From an uncultured Gammaproteobacteria bacterium (GTDB taxonomy: Bacteria > Patescibacteriota > Patescibacteriia > SG8-24 > DYFX01), in NCBI GenBank assembly GCA_964404275.1, contig CAYOJH010000001.1, forward strand, positions 41,512 to 105,511: DNA of 64,000 bases, written 5' to 3'. Of this stretch, positions 17,138 to 27,131 are shown piece by piece; the first letter of the stretch is position 1, and each line of letters starts with the position of its first letter. The translations under genes were made by a program, and so were the position numbers. The notes beneath the pieces were generated by a model. That model was not told the origin of the DNA. It saw only the letters and a list, made by a program, of their open reading frames with translations, and ran no database searches.

Positions 17138-18825
17138 GATGCCATGAGTTGCAGGCCCTGCGAGGTCGTGCGGACCGGCACGCCGTTCGTTTTCAGATAA
17201 TCGACGATTTGTTGGAACAGGGCCGGCGTGATGGCCGTCGACTCCCCGCTCGCATCGACGTGATGGAAGACGAGGATCAGCCAAAGTTTTTGGGCGCGAG
17301 CCTGCTGCACCCATGTTTCGATCTGCGTCAGCGTCGTGCCGGACTCGACCGGTTCGCGCTTGAGCTGATAGCTATTGCCGTTTTTGGCGTTGAACCCGCC
17401 GTCCGACGTCCGAGCGCCCGCGAAACCGGATTGCTGAACGATCGCCGTCGTCGAGGCGTCGTACGCGCCGAACGGAAACGCGAACGTGCTGACCGGCATG
17501 ATGCCGAGATCGAGCAGATCCTGCCGCGAACCGGCGATCTCCGTCCGCTTGTCGGCATCGGAGAGCGTCGTCAGGTCGGGATGCGTCCGCGTGTGCGCGC
17601 CGATCTCGTGCCCGCGATGATACATGTCGACCGTTTCGGTTTGGTTGACGTAGCCCGAGAACGAGAAACGCCCGGTGATGATGTATTGCGTGCTCTTGAA
17701 GCCCGCCGCGTCCAGGATCGGGATGGCGTTCTGATACGTCGTCTTCCAGCCGTCGTCGAAATTCAGCGAGACGAAGCCTTCGGAGAAGGTTCCCGTCGCG
17801 TCGCCGCTTCCCTGCTTCAAGGAAAAGGCGTCCACCCGCAAGACGCCGACGGCATTGATCAGATGGAAGACGGTGACCGCGACGGCATTCGACGGCGTCG
17901 TGAACGTCTTTTGGAAAGAAGCCCAGGTCGAGGAGGTCGCCGGAGCGCCGATATCGATCCACGCGTAACTGCCGTCCGACAGCCGGTATTGCGCCGTCAC
18001 ATGGCTGCCGATCGAACTTTGATACTGATCGGAAAAGGTGTACGTCGTCGCGCCGGAAATCGGCACTTCATTGAAATACCACTTGGCGTCGCCGCTCGTC
18101 CGCTGCGTCAGTTCGACCTCCGCCGCTCTGGCGCCGTCGATGCCGGCGACCGGGTAGCGGAAGATCGCCGTGTTCGCGCCCCAGCGGCCGGCCGCCCAGG
18201 AGCTCGGCGCGGAGCCCGTTTGATTCTCAAGGGAAGGGTTCGGCACAAGATTGCTGTCCGGCAGCTCCTGCCGCAGGGAAATGTCATCGATGCGCAAGAC
18301 GCCGACCGCGTTGATCAGATGGAAGACGGTCGCGGCGGTGGCGTTGGCCGGCGCCGTGAAGGTCGTCTGGACCATCGACCAGTTCGCGGCGGCCGCGGGC
18401 GTCACCAGATCGACCCAGCTGTTCGTGCCGTCGGACAGGCGGTACTGCACGGTCACGTAGGTGTCGATGTTCGATTCGTACTGGTCGGCATACGTGTAGG
18501 TCGCGCCGCCGGAGATCGGCACCTCATTGAAATACCACTTGGCGTCGCCGCTCGCGCGCGAAGTCAATTGAACTTCGGCGGCGCTGCCGGCTTCGACGCC
18601 GGAAACGGGATAGCGGAAAACGGCGGCGTTCGTCCCCCAACGGCCCGCTGTCCAAGAAGCCGGCGCGGAACCGCTTTGCGTTTCGAGCGAGGCGTTCGGC
18701 ACAAGGTTCGGCCCCTCGGCTGCGCGAGCGGCATGGGCGCCCGAAAGTCCGGCGAAGAGACAAAGAAGGAGAAAAGCGTACGTGAAAAGCGTGCGTCGCG
18801 CGAACGACGCGGAAGGCATCATCAT
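17134..18825 (-). CDS. Secreted polysaccharide deacetylase (NodB domain) carrying two tandem N-terminal CBM4/9-like modules
   Basis: Signal peptide, two 152-aa repeats each starting NLVPN[AP]SLE.Q.GSAP.SW (CBM_4_9-like), then LNFDDGWKTTY (NodB motif 1) and HTRTHPDL (His motif). Confidence 0.75.
   Translation of the reverse strand: MMMPSASFARRTLFTYAFLLLCLFAGLSGAHAARAAEGPNLVPNASLETQSGSAPASWTAGRWGTNAAVFRYPVSGVEAGSAAEVQLTSRASGDAKWYFNEVPISGGATYTYADQYESNIDTYVTVQYRLSDGTNSWVDLVTPAAAANWSMVQTTFTAPANATAATVFHLINAVGVLRIDDISLRQELPDSNLVPNPSLENQTGSAPSSWAAGRWGANTAIFRYPVAGIDGARAAEVELTQRTSGDAKWYFNEVPISGATTYTFSDQYQSSIGSHVTAQYRLSDGSYAWIDIGAPATSSTWASFQKTFTTPSNAVAVTVFHLINAVGVLRVDAFSLKQGSGDATGTFSEGFVSLNFDDGWKTTYQNAIPILDAAGFKSTQYIITGRFSFSGYVNQTETVDMYHRGHEIGAHTRTHPDLTTLSDADKRTEIAGSRQDLLDLGIMPVSTFAFPFGAYDASTTAIVQQSGFAGARTSDGGFNAKNGNSYQLKREPVESGTTLTQIETWVQQARAQKLWLILVFHHVDASGESTAITPALFQQIVDYLKTNGVPVRTTSQGLQLMAS
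17797..18708 (-). repeat. Tandem direct duplication (2 x 456 bp) inside the deacetylase gene, encoding two about 70%-identical CBM-like modules
   Basis: Near-identical DNA blocks are visible, e.g. gcgcaagacgccgac[gc]gc[ag]ttgatcagatggaagacggt recurring at about 17795 and about 18290, and cacttggcgtcgccgctcg with tcattgaaataccacttggcgtcgcc recurring at about 18070 and about 18530. Unit boundaries come from the protein repeat: residues 40-191 and 192-343. Confidence 0.8.
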
Positions 18826-18896
18826 AGGAAGCGATCAAAAATGGCGTGGCATCCAGCCTAGACGGATGCCGGAACCGGAATATTACGGCCCTCGCC

Positions 18897-20315
18897 TCAG
18901 CGCAGCTTTTTCACCTGGACGCGGAATTGATCGCCGCGATCGAATTCATTGACGAACAGTCCGAATGAAGCGCAGCCGGGCGAGAGCAAGACGGCCTCTC
19001 CCCTTTTGGCGGCGCGGGCGGCGTGCGCGACGGCTTCTTTCATCGAAGCGACGGTCGCGCCGACGGGCACGCCGGCCTTCTTGAGCGCGGCCGCCATCTT
19101 CGGCGTCGCGGTGCCTTCAAAGAGGATGATATCTTTCGCGTGACGCTTCACCACTTTGGCCCATTCAGAAAATTTCAACGCTTTGTCGGCGCCGCCGGCG
19201 AGCAGCACGCCCTTCTTGCGCGTGAAGATCGTCTGCATCGCGGCGATCGAAGCCTCGGGCGTGGTGGCGGCGGTGTCGTTCCAGTACGTGACGCCGCGCA
19301 GATCATGCACGCGCTCGAGACGGTGCGGCACGCCTTTGAAGGCGCGGAGCGCTTTGCGGATCGCGGCCGGTTTCGCGCCGCGCAGGAAGGCGGCGCCGCC
19401 TGCCAAGAGCGCGTTCCACAAATTGTGCGTTCCGGGCAAGCGCGCGTCCTTCATTTCAAATAAAACCGTTTCGACGCCTTGTGCGCGGATGACGGCTTTC
19501 GTTCCGCGGTAAAACAGGCCGTTCTCCTCGTCGGACAGCGGTTTCATCGAAGCCCAGAAACGCTCGCCGCGCACGCGCGCGCCCATCTTGCGCGTGTAGG
19601 CGTTGTCGTACGGCACGATGGCGATGTCGGTCGGCAGCTGCCAGGCGTAGATGAGTTCCTTGGCGGCGGCGTAGTCGGCCATGCCGTCGTAGCGATTGAG
19701 ATGATCCGGCAGGACGTTGGTCAGCACGGAAATGTTCGGGCTGCGTTCCGCGGGCTTCAAGCTCTCGAGCTGCCACGACGAAAGTTCGAGCACGATCGGC
19801 GTTTCGCGCTTCGATTCCATGACATACGCGCCGTGCGGCGATTTACGGATGTTGCCCGCCACGAGCGCGCGGCCGAAGGCCGCTTCGAGCATCGCGCCGA
19901 GCAGCGCGGTCACGGTCGTTTTTCCCTTCGTGCCGGAGACGCCGATGATCGGATGCGCGCAGAGGCGGAAAAAAATCGACATGTCGGATTCGATCGGCAC
20001 GCCCGCCTTTCGCGCGAGCTTCAGGATGCGTGAATCGCGCGGCACGCCGGGATTCTGGATGACGAGGTCGGCGTTCTTGAAATCCTCCGCGCGATGCGCG
20101 CCGAGCGCGTAGCGGATCGCGTGCGCTTTCTTGCCGAGCGTTTTGCGCTCGCGTTCCAAGGCTTCGATCGACGGCGCGAGCGCGTGCCGATCTTTCAGGT
20201 CCGTGATCGTCAAGCGTGCGCCTTGCGCGAGCAGCCATTTGGAAATCCCCAAACCGCCCTGGTTCAAGCCGAGGCCCATGACCGTCACGTTTTTGCCGCG
20301 GAATTCCATGGTCAT
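18897..20315 (-). CDS. murD: UDP-N-acetylmuramoylalanine--D-glutamate ligase MurD
   Basis: MEFRGKNVTVMGLGLNQGG ... Rossmann-like N-domain, GVSGTKGKTT P-loop, Mur ligase middle and C-terminal domains. 472 aa. ATG at 20313-20315. Confidence 0.85.
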   Translation of the reverse strand: MTMEFRGKNVTVMGLGLNQGGLGISKWLLAQGARLTITDLKDRHALAPSIEALERERKTLGKKAHAIRYALGAHRAEDFKNADLVIQNPGVPRDSRILKLARKAGVPIESDMSIFFRLCAHPIIGVSGTKGKTTVTALLGAMLEAAFGRALVAGNIRKSPHGAYVMESKRETPIVLELSSWQLESLKPAERSPNISVLTNVLPDHLNRYDGMADYAAAKELIYAWQLPTDIAIVPYDNAYTRKMGARVRGERFWASMKPLSDEENGLFYRGTKAVIRAQGVETVLFEMKDARLPGTHNLWNALLAGGAAFLRGAKPAAIRKALRAFKGVPHRLERVHDLRGVTYWNDTAATTPEASIAAMQTIFTRKKGVLLAGGADKALKFSEWAKVVKRHAKDIILFEGTATPKMAAALKKAGVPVGATVASMKEAVAHAARAAKRGEAVLLSPGCASFGLFVNEFDRGDQFRVQVKKLR

Positions 20316-21025
20316 TTATGCAAAAATTCATTTCGCGCGAGGTGCACGTTCACCATCGCTTCGGCCACTTCCCAAACCATCATCACGTAAGCCCAGAGCC
20401 CGCGCACGATGCCGATCTTTTGCATCTTGCGGACCTGCCCGACGCCGAGGGTCGGGATCGAGCCGTACGGCCAGCCGTGCGCGCGGCAGGCATAGTTCAG
20501 CGCCATCTCGACCCGAAAGCCTTTCAGGAAACGCGGCGGCACGGATTCGATGACGTCCCGCAGCAGCGCGCGCTCTCCGGAAAGCAGCGGCAAATGCGAG
20601 ATGACGTTTGTGACGAAAGGCCCGCGATCACGGAGTCCCGTGCACATCACGAGGCGGCCGCTGATGACGGGCGCCAGGATCCGCTCGACGTGCATCGGCG
20701 TCAGGCCGAGGAAATCCGCGTCGCAGAAGAACAGGGTGCTCGCTTCGGTCGCCTGGACGCCGCGAAGCAGCGCGTCTCCTTTACCGACGTTTTTTTCGAG
20801 GCGAAGCACCGTGTCGGCGCCGGCGCGTTCCGCTTCTTCCGCCGTCGCGTCGCCCGAGCCGTCGCTCACGACGATCACTTCGTCGATGGACGGCGAAGCC
20901 TTGAGCGCGCGCACGACGGCTCCGACGGTCTTCTCCTCGTTAAAGGCCGGCACGATGGCCGCCACGCGCTGATCCGCGACCTGCACCGTCTGGTGCAGGT
21001 CAGCGGCCGCGAAGCGAGAGCTCAT
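20312..21025 (-). CDS. Family-2 glycosyltransferase (GT2, DPM1/GpgS-like), small soluble type
   Basis: VAAIVPAFNEEKTVGAVVRAL..IDEVIVVSDGSGDATAEEA (GT-A fold with DxD-like VSDGS/CDADF motifs). Stop overlaps the murD start. Start at MSSRF (21023-21025). Confidence 0.7.
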   Translation of the reverse strand: MSSRFAAADLHQTVQVADQRVAAIVPAFNEEKTVGAVVRALKASPSIDEVIVVSDGSGDATAEEAERAGADTVLRLEKNVGKGDALLRGVQATEASTLFFCDADFLGLTPMHVERILAPVISGRLVMCTGLRDRGPFVTNVISHLPLLSGERALLRDVIESVPPRFLKGFRVEMALNYACRAHGWPYGSIPTLGVGQVRKMQKIGIVRGLWAYVMMVWEVAEAMVNVHLARNEFLHK

Positions 21026-21569
21026 AGAGAATCTCTTCCGCTTTGCGCTCATGCGAACGGGCCTGATCGTACTTGGTGCGAAGGTAGCCGGAATAATCCA
21101 TGGCATCGAGGCCGATGACGACGCGATCGATCCGCGCCTTCATGTCTTTGGCTTCGGCGTCGCGTCCGGCCGTGACGTAGAACGTCATCAAACGGACCGC
21201 TTCGCCGACGGCGTCGCATAAACCGCCGATCTGCGTCTCCTCGTCCAAGCCTTCAAGCGCCGAAACCTCGCCTTTCCAGGCGAGCTGCGCGACGAAACGC
21301 GCTTCGGCGTATTCCTCGAGCGCGGCGCGATACGAGCCTTCATGCGCCAGACGCGCGTTCACCGAAGCTTTGGCGCGAATCGCTTCGAACGCGTCTTCGG
21401 CTTCGGCCAAAAGCGCTTTCGCGCCGGCTTCATCGTCGCGCTGGATCGCGAAAATCGCGCGCTTCGAAGCGCCTTGGGCCTTGGCGGCCAGGCCGATGAT
21501 TTCGCGCCGGGTCGCGTCAAACGTTTCGTGCGCGCGTTTCAGTTCCGCCAGGAGGTCTGCGCTCGTCAT
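21000..21569 (-). CDS. Hypothetical helical protein (about 190 aa)
   Basis: ORF between the metallophosphoesterase terminator and the GT2 gene; no confident motif. Start taken at the ATG for MTSADLL; TTG at 21608 is an alternative. Confidence 0.4.
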   Translation of the reverse strand: MTSADLLAELKRAHETFDATRREIIGLAAKAQGASKRAIFAIQRDDEAGAKALLAEAEDAFEAIRAKASVNARLAHEGSYRAALEEYAEARFVAQLAWKGEVSALEGLDEETQIGGLCDAVGEAVRLMTFYVTAGRDAEAKDMKARIDRVVIGLDAMDYSGYLRTKYDQARSHERKAEEILYELSLRGR

Positions 21570-21610
21570 AGTCCCGTGCAGCGTAGCCGAAATACGCCTA
21601 AAAATCAAGC

Positions 21611-21640
21611 CAAAAGAAAAGTCCGCGTCGGAACGCGGAC
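21611..21640 (-). terminator. Rho-independent terminator after the membrane metallophosphoesterase gene
   Basis: Hairpin gtccgcgtcggaacgcggac (21621-21640) immediately after the stop at 21640-21642, followed on the minus strand by ttttcttttg. Confidence 0.55.
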
Positions 21641-23193
21641 TAGCGGTGATCCCAGGCCGCTTCTTCGCCGGTCAGGCGGAGAAAGCGCTTGGTCGCCGGT
21701 TCGTAGGACAGGAGGCGCACGTCCACCGAGCCGTCATCGTACTCGCGCACTTCGGCCGGCGTGAACCGGAAGAAGTGGCCGTCCTTGTATTCGGCGGCGA
21801 ATTGCCACCAGAGCAGAAGGAACGTCGCCAGGAAGGCGGCCGGCCAACGGAGCGCGTGCAGAAAGGGCAAGGGCGGCAGCAGGAAGAGCGTGACGGGCAG
21901 CGTCGCATACGCCGCGGTGACGAACGCGGCCTTGAGCGGCGCGTGCGTCCAGTAGTAGCCGATGCGGCGGAAGAACGTCTCGAGCTTCGTCCAGCGCGTG
22001 CGGCACTCGACGGTCGGCTTGGACGCGTTGACCTGCCGGATCGCCGTGCCGGTGTTGTAATAGATCACCTGCGCGCCGGCGACTTCGCAGGTCATCATGC
22101 CTCCGCCGTGCGTATGCCCGGCGATGAGATGGCGCACCTGCGGCCGCTCGGCCAGGAACACGTTGAGTTCCTTTTCGATGCGGTCGGCGTGCAACGTGGT
22201 CGCGATCAAGTCGAGCATCATGCGCGGATTGAACTTCTCGCGCGGCCGGCGGAAGGCGTGGAAGAATTTGTGGCCGATCGCTTCCATCGCCAGCATCGGC
22301 AGCAGCAGCGGCAAGGCGTGCCATTTCCTGGCCACGCCGATGATCCATTCGTCGCCGTGATCGACCCGGCGGCCGATGCCCGGAAACAGCCCGCCTTTCA
22401 GCTTCGTGCCGAGCCCCGCGTTCATGTAGGACGCGGTCGGGACGTTCAGGACGAGTTCCTTGCTCGACCATTGGAAGGCCAGATGTCCGGCGATCCAGCG
22501 GAAGACCAGGAAGAGCATCACGAACGACAGGATCACGCCGAGCGCGACGCCGCCGACCGTGTACGGCACCCAAGCGAAGATCAAGCCCGCGAGCGTGCTG
22601 GCGAGCAGGAGCGAGAGGATCAGCATGAAGGCGATGACCTTCCGGCTGATCTTCACGTCTTCCTTGAACGTGTCCGATGCGGGCGGGTTGGCCGAGAACG
22701 GATCGAACTGGTCGCCGTGGACGATCAGCGCCGTTTCGCCGATCGGAATTTCGCGTCCGAACGTGACGCGCTGGCCTTGCCCGGCCGGCGCGAGAACGGC
22801 GCGGAGCTTCTCCTGGACGCTGGCCCAGGCGAAATCCAGATCGTGGTTCCCGATCAGCATCTCGAGGCTGAAGCGCGGAAACCGCTCGATCAGCCCGCGC
22901 AGGTCCGAGAAATATCGGGGATGCGCGCGCAAGATCGCGTCGGTTTTGGCCAGCGCGGCCGTTTCGGTCGGCACGACGCCGTAGCGCCCTTCGAAGCGGA
23001 CGGCATGATAGTCGAACCAGTCGCCGTCGATGACGTGGCGATAGTCGACGTCGGGCCCGATCAGCTCCAAATGCGTCTCGAGCATCTCGAGATACGCGCG
23101 TTCGTTTTCTTTCGGAAAGTCCTCGAGTTTGGGCATGCCCTCCCCGAGGTGGTGATCGCTCATGACAAGCGTCGCCTTGCGCAGTGTCGGCAT
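21640..23193 (-). CDS. Membrane-embedded calcineurin-like metallophosphoesterase
   Basis: Motifs SDHHLGEG (GDxHG-like), GDWFD, GNHD, then 3-4 TM helices inserted mid-domain, then GHTHGG and a C-terminal TM pair. 517 aa. Confidence 0.7.
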   Translation of the reverse strand: MPTLRKATLVMSDHHLGEGMPKLEDFPKENERAYLEMLETHLELIGPDVDYRHVIDGDWFDYHAVRFEGRYGVVPTETAALAKTDAILRAHPRYFSDLRGLIERFPRFSLEMLIGNHDLDFAWASVQEKLRAVLAPAGQGQRVTFGREIPIGETALIVHGDQFDPFSANPPASDTFKEDVKISRKVIAFMLILSLLLASTLAGLIFAWVPYTVGGVALGVILSFVMLFLVFRWIAGHLAFQWSSKELVLNVPTASYMNAGLGTKLKGGLFPGIGRRVDHGDEWIIGVARKWHALPLLLPMLAMEAIGHKFFHAFRRPREKFNPRMMLDLIATTLHADRIEKELNVFLAERPQVRHLIAGHTHGGGMMTCEVAGAQVIYYNTGTAIRQVNASKPTVECRTRWTKLETFFRRIGYYWTHAPLKAAFVTAAYATLPVTLFLLPPLPFLHALRWPAAFLATFLLLWWQFAAEYKDGHFFRFTPAEVREYDDGSVDVRLLSYEPATKRFLRLTGEEAAWDHR

Positions 23194-23304
23194 GAGTTCC
23201 TCCTCGGTTTATTGGCTGATGTTGGTCTCGAATGACCTGGGCCCACTCCATCAGGAAAAACGGAGTTTGTCAATCACGATTCCGAACGCTACGATGGCAG
23301 GCGT

Positions 23305-24309
23305 ATGACCTTCTCCCCAAAAAAAATCGCCCTGATTCTGGCAGCCTTTCTCCTGACCGGAGGCGCCCTGCTCGCCCGCGCCAGCAGCTACAAGCATGCG
23401 GCGCGCAAACCGAAAGCGCCGGTCGCGACCGCGCCGGTCGCGCCGCCTCCCGACCACACGCGTCCGTTCGCGGTCATGATCGACAATCATCCCGACGCGC
23501 GCCCACAATCCGGCATCGCCAAAGCCGACGTCGTCTGGGAAGCGCCGGTCGAGGGCGGGCTCACCCGCGACATGGCGATCTTCCGCAGCGCCAGCGCGAC
23601 GGAGATCGGTCCGGTCCGCAGCGCGCGGCCGTACTTCCTGACCTGGGCGCGCGAGTTCGACGCGGCCTACGCGCACATCGGCGGCAGCGACGAAGCGCTC
23701 TCCGATCTGGCGAACGGCGCGTTCGGCCTCGATAACGCCGACGGCATCGCCGACAGCCTGACGTTCTGGCGCGACACGCGCCGCGACGCGCCGCACAACG
23801 CCTACACGTCTTCCGAAAAGATGCGCGCGCTGATCGCTTCGAACGCTTGGCATGCGACGACGGACGCGATCGACCTGACGCCGCGTGGAGACGCCGCGAG
23901 CGGCACGCCGGCCATCCGCGTCGATCTCGTCTCGCAAGAGAACGGCGAGCAGGCGGAATTCCAGTGGGATGCCAAGACGAAAAGCTATGATCTCTGGCGC
24001 GCGGGCATGCTCGCGCACGAACGCGACGGCCTCGCCATCGCGCCGAAAACCGTGGTGGTCTTGGAGATGAACATCGTGCCGATCAACGATCCGCACGCCA
24101 AGGGATTGATCGGCCTCCAGAGCCTCGGCTCCGGCAAGGCGACCGTCTTCCAAAACGGCCGCGCCGTCGCGGGCACGTGGAAAAAAGCTTCGCCGCAAGC
24201 TCCGACGATCGTCATCGACGCGAACGGACAGAAAATTCCCTTCGCATCCGGCCAGGTCTGGTACGAGGTCATCGGCATCAACCGCGGCGGCAGCGTCACC
24301 GTGGAGTAA
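23305..24309 (+). CDS. DUF3048-family secreted or lipoprotein (YerB-like)
   Basis: Signal peptide MTFSPKKIALILAAFLLTGGALLA, then PFAVMIDNHPDARPQSGIAKADVVWEAPVEGGLTRDMAIF, which matches the DUF3048 N-terminal domain pattern. Confidence 0.6.
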   Translation: MTFSPKKIALILAAFLLTGGALLARASSYKHAARKPKAPVATAPVAPPPDHTRPFAVMIDNHPDARPQSGIAKADVVWEAPVEGGLTRDMAIFRSASATEIGPVRSARPYFLTWAREFDAAYAHIGGSDEALSDLANGAFGLDNADGIADSLTFWRDTRRDAPHNAYTSSEKMRALIASNAWHATTDAIDLTPRGDAASGTPAIRVDLVSQENGEQAEFQWDAKTKSYDLWRAGMLAHERDGLAIAPKTVVVLEMNIVPINDPHAKGLIGLQSLGSGKATVFQNGRAVAGTWKKASPQAPTIVIDANGQKIPFASGQVWYEVIGINRGGSVTVE

Positions 24310-24787
24310 ATTCGCACCAATCCTTGAGCGAACCGACGGTGAAAGTCCAGGTGCGGGTTTCGAGATCTTTGGTGACGTCGCACGGCGATTCGAACGATTT
24401 GCGCGGCGCCGTCGGCGCGACATAGCGCCCGCGCATCGACCAGACCCGTACCGTGCAGGTCGAACCGTCGTCGCTTCCCTCCCCCGTTGCCGCGACGTAG
24501 GCGGCGCAATCGCCGTGGGTCAGGATCTGCGAGGCCACGCGCTCGTCGAGCACCTGCGTGTCGCCCGGGAAGAAACGCTGGGCCAGCGCGTCGCGCGTGC
24601 TCCAAGTCCACATGCCGGCGATCGCCAGGACGCCCAGGATCGCGAGTTCGGCGTGCGAGGGCCCGTGATGCGCGCGGGCCACCGCTGTCACGAAGGCGAA
24701 ACCCGCCACGCAGACCGCGGCGGCTCCGATCACGGCGGCCGGAAGTTCCCAAGAGAAGGCGAAGGCCATATGCCGCAAGTATAGCAT
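24296..24787 (-). CDS. Hypothetical membrane protein (163 aa)
   Basis: Two hydrophobic helices; convergent with and overlapping the DUF3048 gene end by 14 nt. No motif. Confidence 0.35.
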   Translation of the reverse strand: MLYLRHMAFAFSWELPAAVIGAAAVCVAGFAFVTAVARAHHGPSHAELAILGVLAIAGMWTWSTRDALAQRFFPGDTQVLDERVASQILTHGDCAAYVAATGEGSDDGSTCTVRVWSMRGRYVAPTAPRKSFESPCDVTKDLETRTWTFTVGSLKDWCEFTPR

Positions 24788-24792
24788 GAGGC

Positions 24793-24821
24793 TTGCCAGG
24801 GCAGTTTTTTTCTGATACGTT
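24793..24821 (+). promoter_or_regulatory. Putative sigma-70-type promoter for tRNA-Lys
   Basis: TTGCCA (24793-24798), a 17-nt spacer, then TACGTT (24816-24821), 10 nt upstream of the mature tRNA 5' end. Confidence 0.3.
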
Positions 24822-24831
24822 ACGTGCGCTC

Positions 24832-24907
24832 GGGTCGGTAGCTCAGTCGGTAGAGCAACAGCCTTTTAAGCTGATGGTCCCGGGTTCGATCCCCGGCCGA
24901 CCCACCA
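24832..24907 (+). tRNA. tRNA-Lys (anticodon TTT)
   Basis: GGGTCGGTAGCTCAGTCGGTAGAGCAACAGCCTTTTAAGCTGATGGTCCCGGGTTCGATCCCCGGCCGACCCACCA. Anticodon loop CUUUUAA, T-arm CCGGG-TTCGATC-CCCGG, CCA encoded. Confidence 0.9.
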
Positions 24908-24941
24908 TGAAAAACATCCCGTCAGGCGGGATGTTTTGCGT

Positions 24942-25166
24942 TCAGGCTTCCGGAATCTCGCTTTTGAACTCGGGGTAGCGCTCCTTGAGCTGTTCTTTGA
25001 CGGCCGAGAGTTCCTCGTCGGCGTGGACTTCGGCGAACTCTTCGCGATCCTGGATGACGGCATCGATCATGTCGGACCATTCTTCCGGCGCGTAGGCGCC
25101 TTCGGCCAGGGCGCGCTCTTTGACCGCTTGGTACAGCTCTTCGAGATTGAAGGTGGGAAATTCCAT
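24942..25166 (-). CDS. Small acidic hypothetical protein (74 aa)
   Basis: ORF co-directional with and 10 nt downstream of the C39-like peptidase gene; no motif. Confidence 0.3.
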   Translation of the reverse strand: MEFPTFNLEELYQAVKERALAEGAYAPEEWSDMIDAVIQDREEFAEVHADEELSAVKEQLKERYPEFKSEIPEA

Positions 25167-25175
25167 ACGGGAAAA

Positions 25176-25952
25176 TTATTTTTCGACGACGACCATGACC
25201 TTGGCGCCGTGCGCGACGTCGCCGCCGTTCCAATCATGGATGGCGTTCCACAAGACGGCGGGGTCGTAGAGATAGTCGGCGCCGCGGCGCGTGCCCGGAT
25301 CGTTGGTGATGATCTTGCCGTCGTTGGTGAAACCTTTGGCGACCAGCATGTGGTAGAGCGGGCCCGCGCCGCTGAAGTACGGATTGCGCAGCTCGCGTCC
25401 GGCTGCGGGCAGGAGCACCGGCAGGCCTTTCCGGATTTCATTTTTGACGTCTTCGATCGACGAGATCTTCACCGCTTTCGAGCGCGGAAATTTATAGTAC
25501 TCTCGCGCCATCGTCGCGACTTCTTCGGCTGTCGTGTCTTCGTAGTAGCCGAAACGTTGTTTCTCCCAGGCAACGAGCGCGAGGATCTGGCGATCGGCTT
25601 CATCGGGCGTGAAGGCGCCGGCGTTCGTCAGGTAGGCGTTGGCCATCATCAAGGACGCTTCTTCGCACGCTTCCTGATACGGCAGGCCCCAATCGGCGTG
25701 CGGCGCCTGCGGCGTGAACGGCACGGCCAGGTTCGCTTCGCCGGCGATCGGCTTGGGCTGCGGCGCGGGCGTTGTTGGCGGCGGAATCGTCGGCGCGGCG
25801 GGCGGGGGCTCGTAGGGTTGCGCGGCCGGCAGCGCCGGTTTCATCCGCGCGGTCACGGCCTCGCGGATCACGCCGCGTAAAGCGAAAGCCATCCCGGCGG
25901 CGGCAAGCAGCAAGGTGAAGATCGCGCCAAGGATGATCGTTCGCGCGCGCAT
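25176..25952 (-). CDS. Secreted peptidase_C39-like (BtrH-like) domain protein
   Basis: Signal/TM N-terminus, Pro-rich linker, then WGLPYQEACEEASLMMANAYL with a candidate catalytic Cys and a later His (LYHMLV), as in C39_2 papain-like domains. Confidence 0.5.
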   Translation of the reverse strand: MRARTIILGAIFTLLLAAAGMAFALRGVIREAVTARMKPALPAAQPYEPPPAAPTIPPPTTPAPQPKPIAGEANLAVPFTPQAPHADWGLPYQEACEEASLMMANAYLTNAGAFTPDEADRQILALVAWEKQRFGYYEDTTAEEVATMAREYYKFPRSKAVKISSIEDVKNEIRKGLPVLLPAAGRELRNPYFSGAGPLYHMLVAKGFTNDGKIITNDPGTRRGADYLYDPAVLWNAIHDWNGGDVAHGAKVMVVVEK

Positions 25953-26007
25953 AGAATGGCTTTACTCTACCACAAACCCCGACGTTTCGATCGGGGTTTC
26001 TCTTTCA

Positions 26008-27048
<1,041 letters not shown>

Positions 27049-27131
27049 GGCGAAAATGTGGTCCAACCTTAGTCTTCGACCCCTCGAATGTCAACAACGC
27101 TTTTCCCCAAGGACGTGTATACTGGAACGGT

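Noticed and set aside
21370-23251. 621-aa plus ORF and 505-aa minus ORF (other frame) over the membrane metallophosphoesterase gene
   Set aside because: Only the 21640-23193 minus frame carries MPE motifs and TM helices. The others are Arg-rich shadows.
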